64,000 bases of DNA from Amoebophrya sp. A120 (taxonomy: Eukaryota > Protista > Dinoflagellata). A program made the position numbers and the translations under genes. Numbering within the stretch: the stretch's first letter is position 1; every line of letters begins with the position of its first letter. The notes beneath the pieces were generated by a model that was given only the letters and a program-made list of their open reading frames with translations, had not been told where the DNA came from and did no database searches. Positions 13,401 through 26,786 of the stretch are shown here, piece by piece. The stretch spans positions 8,244,515-8,308,514 of the forward strand of contig CAJINV010000005.1 of NCBI GenBank assembly GCA_905178155.1, written 5' to 3'.

Positions 13401-16400
13401 CAACACAAATTTTCTGTGCATGAGAGGGAAAGCTTGCAATGCACAGACCACAAGGGAATAAAACACGTATGAAAAGAAGCTTGGTGGAAGCATTTCTGGC
13501 ATGACAGAGGTTGTCTGTCATGCTCGGCTTGCAATCCAATCTGTAACTGTATGTAGCACTTTTTTCTCGTGATACCCGCTGCCGTCGTTCCAGTGACGGA
13601 TACGGAAGCAAATGCAGAGCAAAACCGGAAGTCCACCCGGTCCTCCTATGAACTGTAAAAATGTCTGGGTCTGGAAACTTGTGATGCTGCGTGGCGTATC
13701 ATGAGGAGGCCACACGTGCTGGCTCAGCATGACAAGTTTCTCAGCTTCTAGGTGTTGCCTATTCTGCCTGACAAACTGCGTTTCTGCATGACAGAAAAGT
13801 GGGGCGCTTTGGTAATGTGCATGACAGATTTGAGAGTCATGTGAGACAAGCATGACAAACTTGCATTCTTCCAGACCCAGACATATTTGCAACGCATACC
13901 TCCATTTTCAACGCGATATCATTTACGAAAAACCGCACGAGCTCTCACGGCCCGAACAAGAGTCACCTGCACGCGCCCGGCGGGACCCGATCGAGCATCA
14001 TCGCAAGCCTCGTCCCCAGTAGCTTCTCGCGCACGAGCTTGGCCGGCGCGCAGTCGTTCGTGACCAGCGAATCTTTCGTGAAGAGGATTTGCAGTTACGA
14101 CGAGTCCGCTTTGCGGGCCCGGCCGAGTCCGAATGACGCGCTGCGCCGGGCCGCCACGCAGCGAAACAGGCAGAAGAAAACGAACAACGACGGAACTGCG
14201 ATGGGTAAGGCCACCGTGATATTCGGGACGAAGGGGATAGCCAGTGCGATATCCTGAGCAAAAATGTACCCACCCCAGAGTTGTCATGCAGATTTGCAGC
14301 TACAGCAAGATTTGTAATGCGCATACACATGAGTATGAGAGGCATTTCCAATCACGTTTTGCGCTTTGCAAAGCTGTCGACAGGATGAGTAGATGGATTT
14401 GTGTTGCGGCTGTGCTTGCTAAACTTCACTACAATACCTAGGCGAACGCGTCATGCTGGACCCCCAAAACTTCTCGATTTGTGTTGCGAGATCCTCATCT
14501 TGACTCTGGTGTGGGGAGCTTTTTACACAGGATATGCGAAAAGTAGTTCGGGTCCTGGTGGTGCGGGAAAGAGTCCGAATCACGCGCAAAACGCCATCGC
14601 GATACAGGAACAGAGAATGCTACAGGCGGAGGAAGAGGTATCGTTCTTGTGATTATACCGTTGTTAGACGTTGGCTGACGCTGATGTCATGCGTTTCATG
14701 GATCGATTTCGATTTCAATGCTACCCTTACCCGAGCCCGTGCCTGTCATGCCGGTAGACGAAGCTCTTCTTGTACGACCAAGAAAATAAAAACCTCTAGC
14801 ACCCTTATCAGATACAAAACACGTGGACCTTCGCCGTGAAGTGCATGAAGAAAGCGGCTCTGATATCATTTGTAAAAACGTCCCCACACCGACACCAGAG
14901 TCAAGTTGGGAATCTAGCAACACAAATCTCCATGTTTTGGGAGCTGTGCATGACAAGTTTCCCTCTGCAGTGTAGTGCTGGTTGGCAGGGGAAGCCGCAT
15001 GAGAAAGCTACTTTCTCATCCTGTTTACAGGATTACAAATCCCAAAACAGGATTGGAAATTCCTCTCATGGAGCTGCGCATTACAAATGTTCCTGTCATT
15101 GCGCATTTGCATGACAACTCTGTTGGTGTGGGGACGTTTTTACTCAGGATATCTGATAGAAGAGGAGAAGAAGAAGCTGGAGTCTTTTGAGAAACGCATG
15201 CAGGCCATCAGTAAGATGCTCCAAGAATTGGAGTTGAACGGGCAGCAACAAAACCCGGAACTGATGAACAATGTGAAGAACCTGTTGCAAGTCCCGGGTG
15301 CTGCCGGCGGCGGCGCAGGCGGCGACGGCACCACGGAAAAGCAGAGCAGCCGGTGGTCGGTCGTGAAAAAAATCTCCGTCACGGTCCAACGTCCCTCCGC
15401 CCTGCTGTCGGTGCTGCGAATCAGCAACAGCAGCAACGCGAACGCAGCAGGAGCTTCCCCCGGGGGGATTGCAGGCAGTAAACGAGAACCGCATTTGGGG
15501 CTCGGGGACTCGAATCTTAATTTGATCAGCGAGAATGGGACTACAGTGATGATGAAACAGTCCACTGCGTCGCAAATGAAACAGTCCAACTCCCCCTTAA
15601 ACCTTATGTCTTGCAAATCTGTAGTCTGGGTCATCTGGGAGGCTCGAAGACACGTATGATGCTGGACTCGTCGTCCCACGCTCGTTAAACAATTCCGTCA
15701 TGCATGTTGCGCTGCAATAGCGCTGCATCTTCTTTGTCATGCAAAAGCACTGGTGTTTCTGTTGCGACTTTTGCGCACCACAGAACCGTTCTTCAAGAGT
15801 TTGTCATAGTATTTGCGAGTAGTTTCTAGATTAGCATGACAGCAACTTTCATCCACAGGACCCAGACGTATAATTTTCTTCAGTGCATAAACCGGAGACA
15901 GTCGCAACTCTCCGCCGGCCTACCTGCGGTGAATCTCCGATCTATGAAAAGAAAAAAGTTTGTCACAGTCACTAACGTGCAGGTTTTGCATGAGAAATTT
16001 TTCCAGCATCACAGGTTTTTCTTGTATTGCAGAAACACTAGGGAAATCTCTTATGAAGTTTGGCTGTGATGCATTTTTACGCATGACAGACAGTTTTGTA
16101 TTGCAAAAATGCGCATGAGTGATCGTGACGAACTTTTTTTGTTTGATACGATCCCCGATGCTGTTACTCGGCGGCAATTACGTCAGCCAAAAACATCGGT
16201 ATCGCAAGAAAAAAGTGTTACAGTTTTTCCACATTGTGTTGCAGGCCAAGCAAGACAGACAAGCTCTGTCATGCCGGATATGCACCATAGGAGCCTCGTT
16301 TCATAGGCGTTTTCCCGTAGGATTTCTGCATTACAAGTTTTCTCTCTCATGCAGAGAAATTTGCGTTGCTGAATTCGCTACAAATGTGTAACAGTAACAC

Positions 16401-19400
16401 TTTTTTCGTGGGATAATCGGCAATCGGCGACGATTGACTTCAAAACGTTGAAGGACAACATTTTCGAGGGGAATTTCAAGATTTTCAAAACCGCACTGGA
16501 AAAGGAATTGAAGGAATTGACGATAAAACGGAAGGAAACCAGTAAGGAACTGAAGTCCCTCAAATCCGTCTCCGAAGCGGCAGTTTTGAAGGAGCTGAAA
16601 TTGCTGGCGCTCTGCCGCCACAAGAACATTCTCTACCTGGTGGAGGCGTTTGAAGACACAAAGTTCATGTACGTGGTCGTTGAAAGGTGTTACCTATCCA
16701 ATGCAAAGATCAAGTCTCTGTCAGGAAGATTTGGGTCGTCGTGTTTGTCATGCAAACTGTACATGACCCACGATGCCTGTGATGCATTCTCTAGCATCAC
16801 AGCCCTCGCGAAGGCTTTATCTAATGCCTATCCCGCATGAGAAGTGCCCTATCTTCCGGGTGGCAAAAATCTGAGCACGACCTTTTGCTGAACGTGCAAG
16901 ACAGCTTTTTGTATGTAGTGAGGTCACCGAACGGTTCTAACCGGGGAGTTTTTTTGCCAGCCAGACAGCAAAACGACCGGCAGTTTGCAAGCGGCCGGAA
17001 GTGTTTTTGAGCACAAAAAGTTTTCACTTATCAAGCGGTCGGGGCTTTGCCAACAAACAAGCCCGGTCGAAAACTATCGACTCGCACTTGATAAAACGAC
17101 GCAGGGGAGCCGGCAAAAGGGGCGCCCTTCTGAGGCGCCCGCCGCCTTGGTTTCTGGCGATTTGGGGCGCCCAAAAAGGGGCGCGCAAAAAACGCGCCCA
17201 AAATCAGAACAGCGAAACAGCATGGCACGGCCGCGATTTCGGAGCATTTTGGGCGGCCGCGAAAGCGGCCGCCTTTTCGCCGGTTTTAGAGCCTGGGAAG
17301 CTTTGCAAAAAGCGCCGGCGTGAAAAATAAAAACGCGAAAAATAAAAAGCGCGCCACACGCGCAAAGCCAATCCGCATGCTATGGGCCCGGTTTTTCTTC
17401 GCTTTTTGGGCGCCCCCCGTGGCACCCGGATCGGCCCCATAGCATCGGGGCTGGCTTTCGGAAAGGAATTTTGGAAATGTGCCAAAATTTGTGATGTTTC
17501 CCAAGTGGCCGCCATACCGTGCGGCATAACGTTACTCACGGTGGTATGGCGAACCCATAAAAAGCAAAGCCGCGGCCAAGGCTGCGGTCGGCAAAAAAAC
17601 GCCCACGACCTCACTACCCCCGCCCCGCGGCTATATTTGGTATGATCGAGAGTTAGCATCACAAATTCCAGACCCAGCCATGATATTTGCGTTTGATATC
17701 ACGGCGATTTCACGACGAGGTATGGGGCCATGATGCCACCGCCCGCCCCGGTGACGACGGATGCGAACTATCAAATGCAAAAATGTCTGGCTCTGGAAGA
17801 ATACACACTTGTGATGCGCATTTCAGAACACAGAAAAATCATTCATGCATGGGTAGCAAAAGCTGCCCGCTTTCTGCCACCAAAGTGGGCGATTTGTCAT
17901 GCGGATTCGGCATTGCGGAAGCTTCTCGGAACCTGTAATGCTAGAGCCTCCATGCCAGACCTTCTGTGTCATGCAAAAACAGCATGACTCTCCCAGACCC
18001 AGACATTTTTACATTTGATACGAACGGGAATAATAGTACAACCACGGGAAATAACAACTCCCACTTTCTTATCAAATGCAAATATGTCTGGGTCTGGAAT
18101 AAAGAAAAAGATGCAGGGAATTTGTGTTGCTGAGTCTTGCATGACAGCGCGATCTTCTGTACGGCATCCACGGATCACAAGAGTTGCGGATGGTAATATT
18201 GCGAGATCTACAGTGTAGTTTTGCATGACAAACTGAGTTATTTCACAGCATGACACAAAAACTGGCCCATCGTATTCTATGCATCACAAATCCGTGTTCT
18301 CCTTCACGCCTCGCATCACAAATGCAGACCCAGACATATTTGCAATGCATATTTCTCGGCCCGCCGGCGGTCGAGTCGGTGGTCAAGCACGTGATTTTCC
18401 AGGTCTTACAGGCACTGCAGCACATGCACAAACTATCCAAGAAAAAAACGTTGTTACTGTAAATTTGTGATGCGCAACATGCAAGATGATTGCCGCTGTC
18501 ATGCTTGGCATGCATTGCAGGGTCCATTACAGGGCGTTTTCACGTACTCTCTGCGCATGACAGGTTGTTGCTGTCATGCCAGACAAATTTGTAATGCTGT
18601 TCCCCCAAAAAAGTTACACCTACCATGTTTTTTTCTTGGATACAAGCTCCTTGTTCTCCATCGCGACATATGAGTGTAGTGCACAACCCCCCCTCGACGT
18701 GCCCCTCTTCATTTGTAATGCAAAAAAGCAAATTCACAATCAGCCTCCAAGCTCTGTCTGCATGGGAAATTCATTTGGAGAAGAACCTCAAACAGTACTA
18801 CAATCCGTGCGCATGAAGAGAAGATTTGTCATGCGGAAACCTCATTCCTGCCGCTGGCTGTGATGCTATGTCTCCCTTTCAAAGGAGAATGAGGGGGAGT
18901 TCTTGTGCTGCACTGTCATACGACATCAAGCCGGAAAACGTTCTGTTCAAAAATCCTCCAGTATCCACCGACAGAAAATGGCAGGCTGGTCATATTTGTA
19001 ATGCGAAAACAAATACACAGAGCGACGCGGCCCCATAGCATGCTGTTTAGGAGCATATGCAATACAGATTTTTTTGTGCATTTGTTCTTGGTTGCATGTA
19101 CAACTGTGACCTGCTTGCTTTTTTCTATGTGATACCCGGTGCGGGGAGCGCAGTCGCTGAACCAGCAAAGGCAGGTGGGCGTGCAGCAGTCGCGCAGGGA
19201 TTTGTATCATTTGTAAAAACGTCCCCACACCAGAGTCAAGATGGGAAATCTGCTAGAGAAATCAGCCAGCTTTGGTCGTTTGGCATGACAAATTGTTCCT
19301 CGTAGTGTCATCCTGTTTAGGTAGTTCAGCAGCATCACAGATCTAGCGCGTCATGCTTATTATAGCGTCACAAATTCCAAACACGACTAGAAAATGCCTC

Positions 19401-22400
19401 TCATGACAAACTTTTTTGGCATGCAGATTTGCATGACAACTCTGGGGTGGGGACGTTTTTCCTCAGGATAATTTGTTGCAGTTGAACAGCCCCTCAGCTT
19501 CCGCTACGGATATATGCATGGCAAATATGTCTTGGTCTGGAAACAAGATTGGAACTTGTGATGCTAATTTTGGAGGGCACAGAAATCTGTGTTGCATGAG
19601 CTCGAAGAGTTGGCGGTTTCGTGCAACGCAGAAAGCAAATTTCTCATGCGGGACAGGCATTGGAAAGCATGCGCAAAACTTGTGATGCTTTCGGCAGCAT
19701 TCCAGACCATTTCCAGGTCCAGAAGGTGCATGACAAAGAACAGTCGGACTCTTTCAGACCCAGACATCTTTGCAGTTGATAGGATAGGGAGAATGACGAT
19801 CATCTTCCAAACGACCAGAATGCCGAGCAATTACTGCACCCAGACATTGTTTTGGGGGATTTCGGCATGGCGCTGTATGAGAGTGCAAAACTCTCCCTCC
19901 CCTTCATTTGTCATGCAAAATACCTAATTTACGCCTTGGCTCTTGATGGCACTGTTTGCATGACAAGTTCTGGCAGCCCAAATTATAGCAGTACACTCCT
20001 GTCCAAATTTGTCATGCGAAACCTGTATTCTTGGCGGCGCTTGTATTGCTGTTCATGCAATACAAATGAGGGAGGTGAGGGGGAGTTGTGCATCTTCTAT
20101 ACGCTGCAGATGCAGCACAGAAACTCCGTGTGCACGGATATCCTGTGTAAAAACGTCCCCACCCGCCCATAGTCAAGATGGAGATTTTGCAACACAAACC
20201 TAGGAGTTTTGGGAGTCACGCATGACAAGTTGCACTCCGTAGTGTAGTGCAGGTTAGCAAGAAGTGCAGCCGCATCACAGATCCATCTGCTTATCCTGTT
20301 CACAGCATCACAAATTCCAGAACACGATTGGCAATGTCTACCATGGGTATGCGCATCACAAATGTCCTTGTCATTGCAAATCTGCATGACAACTCTGGGG
20401 TGGGGACGTTTTTCCTCAGGATAACGGATTTAGCCGGGTCCGCGGCGTTTCTCGCGCCGGAATCGTGGTCGGATTCAGTCTATGCAGTGCAAAAGTATCG
20501 TATTCGTATAAATGCATTACAAATTTCCTCAGCATGAGAAAGAAAATTTGTAATGCTGATTTACTTTAAGAAAGTCGGTACGAGTGCGATGCTTTTGCAT
20601 TTCATACAGTCCAGCAGTTCAAGTCTGATATTTGGGCGGTGGGTGTCATGTATCAAGTGTAAAAATGTCTGGGTCTGGAAGGTTGGAACTTGTAATGCTA
20701 GCTTTCCATAGCTAGAAAATCTGTATTGCATAACCAACAAAAGTCGCAGCCGCTTTTGTCATGCAAAAACGCAGTCTCTCATGCGGATTGCCTATGAGAA
20801 AGCGTTTTGGGAAGTTGTCATGCCGGACTGCATTCGGAAGCGTTTTCATCATGCACGTTTTAGCATCACAAGTTTCGAGACCCAGACACTTTTGTATTCG
20901 ATATCATGCAGTACGAGATGGTGTATGGAACCTTGCCATACTATGGAACTGTCAAGCTAATCGAAATTGACACAAAGTTGAAATAATCTGTGATGCATAG
21001 AACGGATACCAGTTGGCGCCCAGTTTTCAAGTTGCGCATGACAAACTTTCCTGGCCTCTAAAGCAAGTCTGTCATGCTGTTTCGGGCTAAAGGGCTCCCC
21101 TCTGTCATGCTAAAAATCAGCAACCCAATTCTCGATCCTTACCAGCACTACAATCTGCATCCCTTGCGTCTTCATCTGCAATAGAGACAATTGCTGAGTT
21201 GCATTTTATGCATGACAAACTTTTATTTCAACTTCGACAATTTCGATCCTGACACCCCCATACCTACCATACCAGCTCCCACCCGGAATTCTTCAAGAAC
21301 CAATACCAAAAGTACACATTGCTTTGCTTTTGCTTTCTTTGCATGACAAAGTAGTAGTTTCTTGCTTGCCTTGCATGACAGATAACTACTCTCCACATGA
21401 TCTTCACAAAAATCTATCCAGGTCTACTTCCTCATCGCAGGCCAACCAGCCGGAGCATTTCTGCGATTTGGCGTATAAGCTCGGCACGGTCGGTTTGAAA
21501 CTTGCGACGACCGTGGTTTTACGCATTGCAAATATGCCTAGGTCTGGAAGGTTGGAACTTGTCATGCTGGTCTTACATAATTCCTGTGAATTGAAATCCA
21601 AATCTGTATTGCATGACCAACAAAAGAAGTCGCAGCCTCTCTTGTCATACCAAAACGCAGTAGTTTCTGATGCAGAGTGCGCATGCGAAAGCGTTCTGCA
21701 AACTTGTGGTCATGCTTTCCTGCATAAGGAGGCGTGTTCATCCTGCACGTTTTAGCATGACAAATTTCCTCCAAACCCAGACATATTCGCAGTGCATAGG
21801 TCTCTCCGGAAACCTCGCCGTACTACGGGGAGAAGTCCAGCAGTTATCCTGTGCAAAAGTATCGCACTCGTAGTAATTGCAATCATGCATTACAAGTTTT
21901 TTTCTTAAAGTAAATCCGCATTACAAATTCTATTTTCTTAAAGTAGATCCGCATGCTGAGAAAATTTGTAATGCATTTATACGAGTACGATACTTTTGCA
22001 GTTCATAGCAGTGGCGAAACGGTGAATCAGCAGTGCCTTATCAGACTTGCAAAACTATCATCGCACAGCTCGTACTGAAGAAAATCGCAACGCACGCAAA
22101 AATGCAAATTGTTTTTTTCCCAGGCTGTTCTTGACTCAGCATTGTGGTTTTGAAAGAAGTTTTTGTCATGCAGCTATTGCTATTACTAGATCTAGAGCGA
22201 TGTTGTGTCTGTTGTAAAATTGCATACGCCAAAACGTCATGCAGATCATGCTCACGAAAGATGCGGCGTTAAGGAGATCCGCGGCGCAGTGCCTAGCCTT
22301 GCCCTGGTTCAGAGGCAAGCAGGACGAGGAAAAAGGGGGAGCTGTAGGTCGTGGAGGACATGATTCAAGTCCCGGAAGTAGCCCCGGAAGTTCTTCTGGG

Positions 22401-22424
22401 GGGGCGGGTAACAAGAGTAGGTAA
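10486..22424 (+). CDS. CAMK-like Ser/Thr protein kinase, ~34 exons, with large low-complexity insertions in the N-lobe
   Basis: Spliced motifs in order: LGRGAYGEV (~11241), FAVK (~14830), KELKLL..CRHKNILYLVEAFED (~16590), HRD|IKPEN (18658-18940), GDFG (~19855), GSAAFLAPE (~20436), SDIWAVGV (~20625), R.SAAQCLALPWF (~22275). No EF hands seen. Confidence 0.85.
10570..10857. mobile_element. introner family B
   Basis: TIR plus TSD CGGCC/CGGCC. Confidence 0.9.
11669..11810. mobile_element. short introner family D (TIR TAT...TGCAAAAGTATCG..CTCG); other copies near 12222, 20481, 21845, 56567, 58161, 62005
   Basis: TIR plus TSD AACGG/AACGG. Confidence 0.85.
12738..13058. mobile_element. introner family E (TIR TAT...GAAAA.TCCCCC.TCCCCATA); also 32291-32612 and near 48077
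   Basis: TIR plus TSD CAAGC/CAAGC. Confidence 0.85.
13353..13574. mobile_element. introner family F (TIR TATC..AAGAAAAAAGTGTTACA); also 16200-16415
   Basis: TIR plus TSD CCCGC/CCCGC. Confidence 0.85.
16695..17698. mobile_element. family A introner enlarged by a nested HINE-like insertion
   Basis: Both TIR halves present, TSD TTACC/TCACG; an uninterrupted relative lies at 63053-63321 in opposite orientation. Confidence 0.8.
16911..17639 (+). mobile_element. non-autonomous Helentron/HINE-like element, copy 1
   Basis: Subterminal IR GTAGTGAGGTC (16915-16925) / GACCTCACTAC (17607-17617), 3' GC hairpin, inserted at TTGT, near-identical to 24922-25650. Confidence 0.8.
18669..18920. mobile_element. 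introner family G (TIR TATGA.AGTGCACAACTCCCCCTC) splitting the kinase HRD|IKPEN loop; also 19876, 37547, 61671, 62787
   Basis: TIR plus TSD CGACA/CGACA. Confidence 0.85.
18962..19134. mobile_element. introner family H (TIR TATC.C..AGAAAAAAGCAGG); relative of 28169-29118
   Basis: TSD TCCAG/CCCGG; internal sequence shared with 28965-29118. Confidence 0.75.
20942..21262. mobile_element. introner family I (TIR TATGG..GTGTCAGGAT..AAATCG.CAAAGTTGAAA); also 30645-30957
   Basis: Long imperfect TIR, TSD CATAC/CCTAC. Confidence 0.75.
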
Positions 22425-24921
22425 AGGAGACGAGAACACTTTATCATCAAAGATTGATAGATTCAAAAATGCTAGTACCAGGGGATGTGCTGAAATATTA
22501 CTAGCGCAAAGATTACCTGAAGTAGAGATTTTTTTTCGAAGTGTTTGCAGGGAGCAGTGAGAGTTTTTACATCGTACGCATCTTTCCACCTAAGTTGAAT
22601 TTGACGACGGTATTCCCCGATCGTTGAACTTGAAAAAATCTTACACTAGGGGTTGAGAAGCTTTTCCGCTACGGGTTTGCAAAAAATCTTGTTAGGAAAA
22701 GCAGGGGGCACAACTTATGCGTCTGAAGCAAATTGAAATTCACACTGAGATCCTCTATACTGTACAGCTTTATTTGAAGATGATGATTTTTACAGCAGTA
22801 GTGCTACATTATCGCACAGAAAATATAAATCATGATTTCCTATTATCGCGAAGTGGCCGAAGAATCCAATCCAAAGTGCACCAGCGTCGTGGTATGATGC
22901 TAGAAAGCAGGAAAAAGATCAAGATTTAACACCAAGTTTATCTATCGAGGCTATCTAAGTGACGCAGGAATAGAAGTGAAAGTATTGTGAAGATAACGAT
23001 ATAGGGCTTCAATGTCAATCAAGATCTAACTGTATCCTTTACTACGGCAGCGACACGACCAGGATTCGTGATCGCGCAGAAAAAAGATCTAGTTAATTGC
23101 ACGTATGTTGTTCATTCCCTTCGCAATCAAAGTGCATGAGAGACGCAAAGGTGTTTTTTGGATTTGGTCTTGTTCGGCTTTTAAGCGTCACCGAGAGTTG
23201 TACTTAGCGAGAGTTGGCCCTACGCGAGAAGATGATGATCCAAACCTCGTTTTTGTTGCAGAAGCGTCGCAAATAGGAATTAATACCCGGACTCGTTCAA
23301 AATCGACCTAAGTCTATCTGTCTAAGTTTTTTACGGCGTTAGTTGGCCGCGTCTGTCAAGACGGCGAGTGGGTTAGTATCTGTGTTGTACAACTTTTTCT
23401 TTTACCCCATACAACAAGTCCACCGACCTCTACCACCACGACCTTTGTGGCACAAACGATCTATCCATACTATCTGTGCTTGTCCTTGCTGGAGGCAGGA
23501 TGGCAGCAGCACGAGATCTAGTACACCTTGCAATGCTGCAGCAGCTTGCTGATAAGGAAGTAGAAGCTGCCCCCGCCGTCTTTCATCATGCAACCTCATA
23601 GAAGACGATAAAAGCAGAACAATTTGTGAATCATCATCCAAAAAACCACAGAGACACCACTGTTTTTGGTTTTTAGAGAGGTTCTCGCACTAGATCGCAC
23701 TTTAACGCTAGAACGAAAGAGAAGGCTGTAGGTATACGAAATCTCATTGATCTGATACACTAAACATATCTACAATACTTTTCAACAGTAGTTCTAGTTC
23801 AGAAAATTATAGTACATAGCTGTCGCGTCGTCCTCTACTTCTTCACTGTATATCGATATTAACATTTGTCGTTGATTATACCCTCTTGCTCATTAGAAAG
23901 AAGAAGAACTTCTACCCGCTACTTGAGAAGCACAGCCAGTAATTACCCCGACTGGATACAAGAACTATTGTTTTCACTATTGTTCATCATCCTAGACCTA
24001 GGTCTAATATTCGCTCTTTAATAAACGTGCATTCATAGATTCTCGCTGCACGACTGTGCGCTATTTTAAGGTACGACCACAACAAGATATAAGATTTTCA
24101 CACTCACAAAATAGGACTGTACGGAACTGCTAGAAAGGCGACGCCATTGTGCTAGTGGTTAATGTGAAGCGATACGCTCACCTGTTTCAGCTACAAGAAG
24201 ACCTGCTAACCGGACTAGTGTACTACAGTTCCAAAAGCGATTTTGGTACTTCGACAGTCGTTGCAGCAGCGACAAACACGTGAATCTCCGCTCTTAACAA
24301 TTTATTGAGGGCGGGAAAAATATTTTATTCAGAACTGTTACTTCTACGGAGCTTGATTTTAGCGCAGCACTCGCTACAACTGGCGGAAAGGGGCATAAAT
24401 TGCTTCGTTTATTGCGGTACGATTAAGTTTCCAGAGTTTCATAACATAAACTTTAGACAAAACAGAAAGGAGCGCAACTTGATGCAGACAAGAACAGCGC
24501 AGAGACGAGCTTATCATTTTTTTAGTCGCTTGTAAAGAAAAAGAACACCACTTTACTTTGAGCTACAGTGCTTCAGCACTACTAATTTTTGCGGTACTTC
24601 TATTCTCGTGGTGTTTATTTTCTGTGTATTTTTGCTACCACCCTTTCTGCACCTCTTGGTGCAAGCCTCTTTTCCTGGTAGTGTATGCAGGGAATTCATC
24701 ACGAGCGTGACTGTACAGTAAAACGAAAATCTGTTTTATTTTGGCGCCGCAGGAAAACGAGCCAAACCCAAAGCCATATATATTTGCAATGTCTACTGCA
24801 GTTCTCCGTGATCGCGCTTTATTTGTAGCTCTCCATTGAAGAGGAACTCCTCCAGCTCCCACATTTAGGGATTTGTAACCTGTACAGTATCAGTTGAGTT
24901 ACAAGGAAAAATAAATCTGTT

Positions 24922-25650
24922 GTATGTAGTGAGGTCACCGAACGGTTCTAACCGGGGAGTTTTTTTGACACCCAGCCAGCAAAACGACCGGCAGTTTTCA
25001 AGCGGCCGAAAGCGTTTTTTGACATAAAAAATTTTCAATTATCAAGCGGGCGGGGCTTTGATATCAAACAAGCCCGGTCGAAAACTATCGATTCGCACTT
25101 GATAAACGACGCAGGGGAGCCGGCAAAAGGGGCGCCCTTCTGAGGAGCCCACCGCCTTAGTTTCTGGCGATTTGGGGCGCCCAAAAAGAGGCGCGCAGAA
25201 AACGCGCCCAAAATCAGAACAGCGGAACAGCATGGCGCGGCCGCGATTTCGAAGCATTTTGGGCGGCCGCGAAAGCGGCCGCCTTTTCGCCGGTTTCAGA
25301 GCCTGGGGAGCTTTGCAAAAAGCGCCGGCGTGAAAAATAAAAACGCAAAAGAGAAAAAGCGCGCCAGACGCGCAAAGCCAACCCGCATGCTACGGGCCCG
25401 ATTTTTCTTCGCTTTTTGGGCGCCCCCCGTGGCGCCCGGATCGGCCCCATAGCATGGGGGCTCGCTTTCGGAAAGGAATTTTGGAAATGTGCCAAAATTC
25501 GCGACGTTTCTCAAGTGACCGCCATACCGTGCGGCATAACGTTACTCACGGCGGTATGGCGAGCCCAGAAAAAGCAAAGCCGCGGCCAAGGCGGCTGTCG
25601 GAAAAAAAACGCCCACGACCTCACTACCCCCGCCCCGGCGGCTATATTTG
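24922..25650 (+). mobile_element. non-autonomous Helentron/HINE-like element, copy 2 (intergenic)
   Basis: Same subTIRs and 3' hairpin as 16911-17639, TTGT target. Confidence 0.8.
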
Positions 25651-25768
25651 GTAAAGAACCAGCAGCGGCTCCCGCTTCGTCGTCTAGCATCACAGATTTT
25701 ATTCATATTTCGAACGAGTTCGTACTGTCTGGCAGCTTCAACAGTGGTTGTGCCAAGAACTACATCAG

Positions 25769-25983
25769 TATGCAAGAAAAAAACTGTGTAAGTGTAACTC
25801 TGTAATGCTAATGCAGAACATGCAACAGAGTTACACCTGTGATGCCACACAGCCATGAAGTCCTCTTTTCATGTGTGTTTTCCCTTATAAGGCACGCATG
25901 ACAGGTTTTCTCTATCATGTAGAGCAAATTTGTGATGCTGTCAGCGAAAGAAAGTTACACTAACACAGTTTTTTTCTTGGATA
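25769..25983. mobile_element. family C introner outside any recognisable CDS (intergenic or 5' UTR)
   Basis: TIR plus TSD ATCAG/ATCAG. Confidence 0.8.
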
Positions 25984-26786
25984 ATCAGCTGCACTTTTTC
26001 AGTGACAAAGAAATATAACTTCGCGGCAACAAACTACTCAAGTTGTAGCTGTCATCACAGGTCGGATACAGGATATTTCTACCTTCGATATTTTTATTTT
26101 TCTACGACAACGACGCAAAAGTTTTAGTTTACCTTTACTAGTAGACGAGAGGTGAGGACATAATTTGTACTACGCACACCATCGACGAGGCTTAAGCTGC
26201 GTTTTGCCTCAATGTGCAGTTTGAGATTTCGAACGACAGTCTGAGCTTGTAGTACTGAAAACAAAACATAGTAACAATAAATTCCAATAAAAGCCAACAC
26301 AAAAAATACTTAAAAACTTATCAACTGGAGCAGCGCCCTTGAAAGCAGACTGAGACTGAAGTCGCTTTTATTTTGGTCGCTTTTCAAAGGCGCGCTTTCC
26401 TACATAGAAAAACCGAGAAACAAAAAAAGAAAATAAAATTTATACCGACTGGAAACTAAACTAGTACGGCAACGAGTAGTAGCGAAGCGAAAAATTATGT
26501 GCTATCTATCAAAGTAAAGAGAGCACAAAGACATCTTCAAAGCGGCCTAGGAAAGAAGATTACAACTCGGTTTGCAATCCTCGAAAAGCGGGCAAAAGTT
26601 GTACTACTAGAGCACTAAAAATACACGTGGTCGATGAAAATATGATAAATCATCGAAAGTGGTGAATCTTTGTTGCCTTAACAAATATTGAACATACAAG
26701 CAGATCTTTAATATCAGAAAACACAAACAGAAACAGTTTTTATACTTGATACGGGGGTCCGTCTGCTCTCCATCTACGAAGTTAAA

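Noticed and set aside
16985-17662. ORFs inside the GC-rich 730-bp repeat (also near 25042-25805 and 31155-31787)
   Set aside because: No transposase or HUH motifs, and ORF boundaries differ between copies; likely chance ORFs in GC-rich DNA
17769-22226. Repeat-spacer alternation resembling a CRISPR or integron cassette array
   Set aside because: The repeats are 125-320-bp TIR elements with TSDs and the spacers are in-frame kinase exons; there are no cas or integrase genes
22351-22560. Alternative kinase C-terminus resembling a CDPK junction domain
   Set aside because: It is out of frame with the last kinase exon, which stops at 22424, and no EF hands follow
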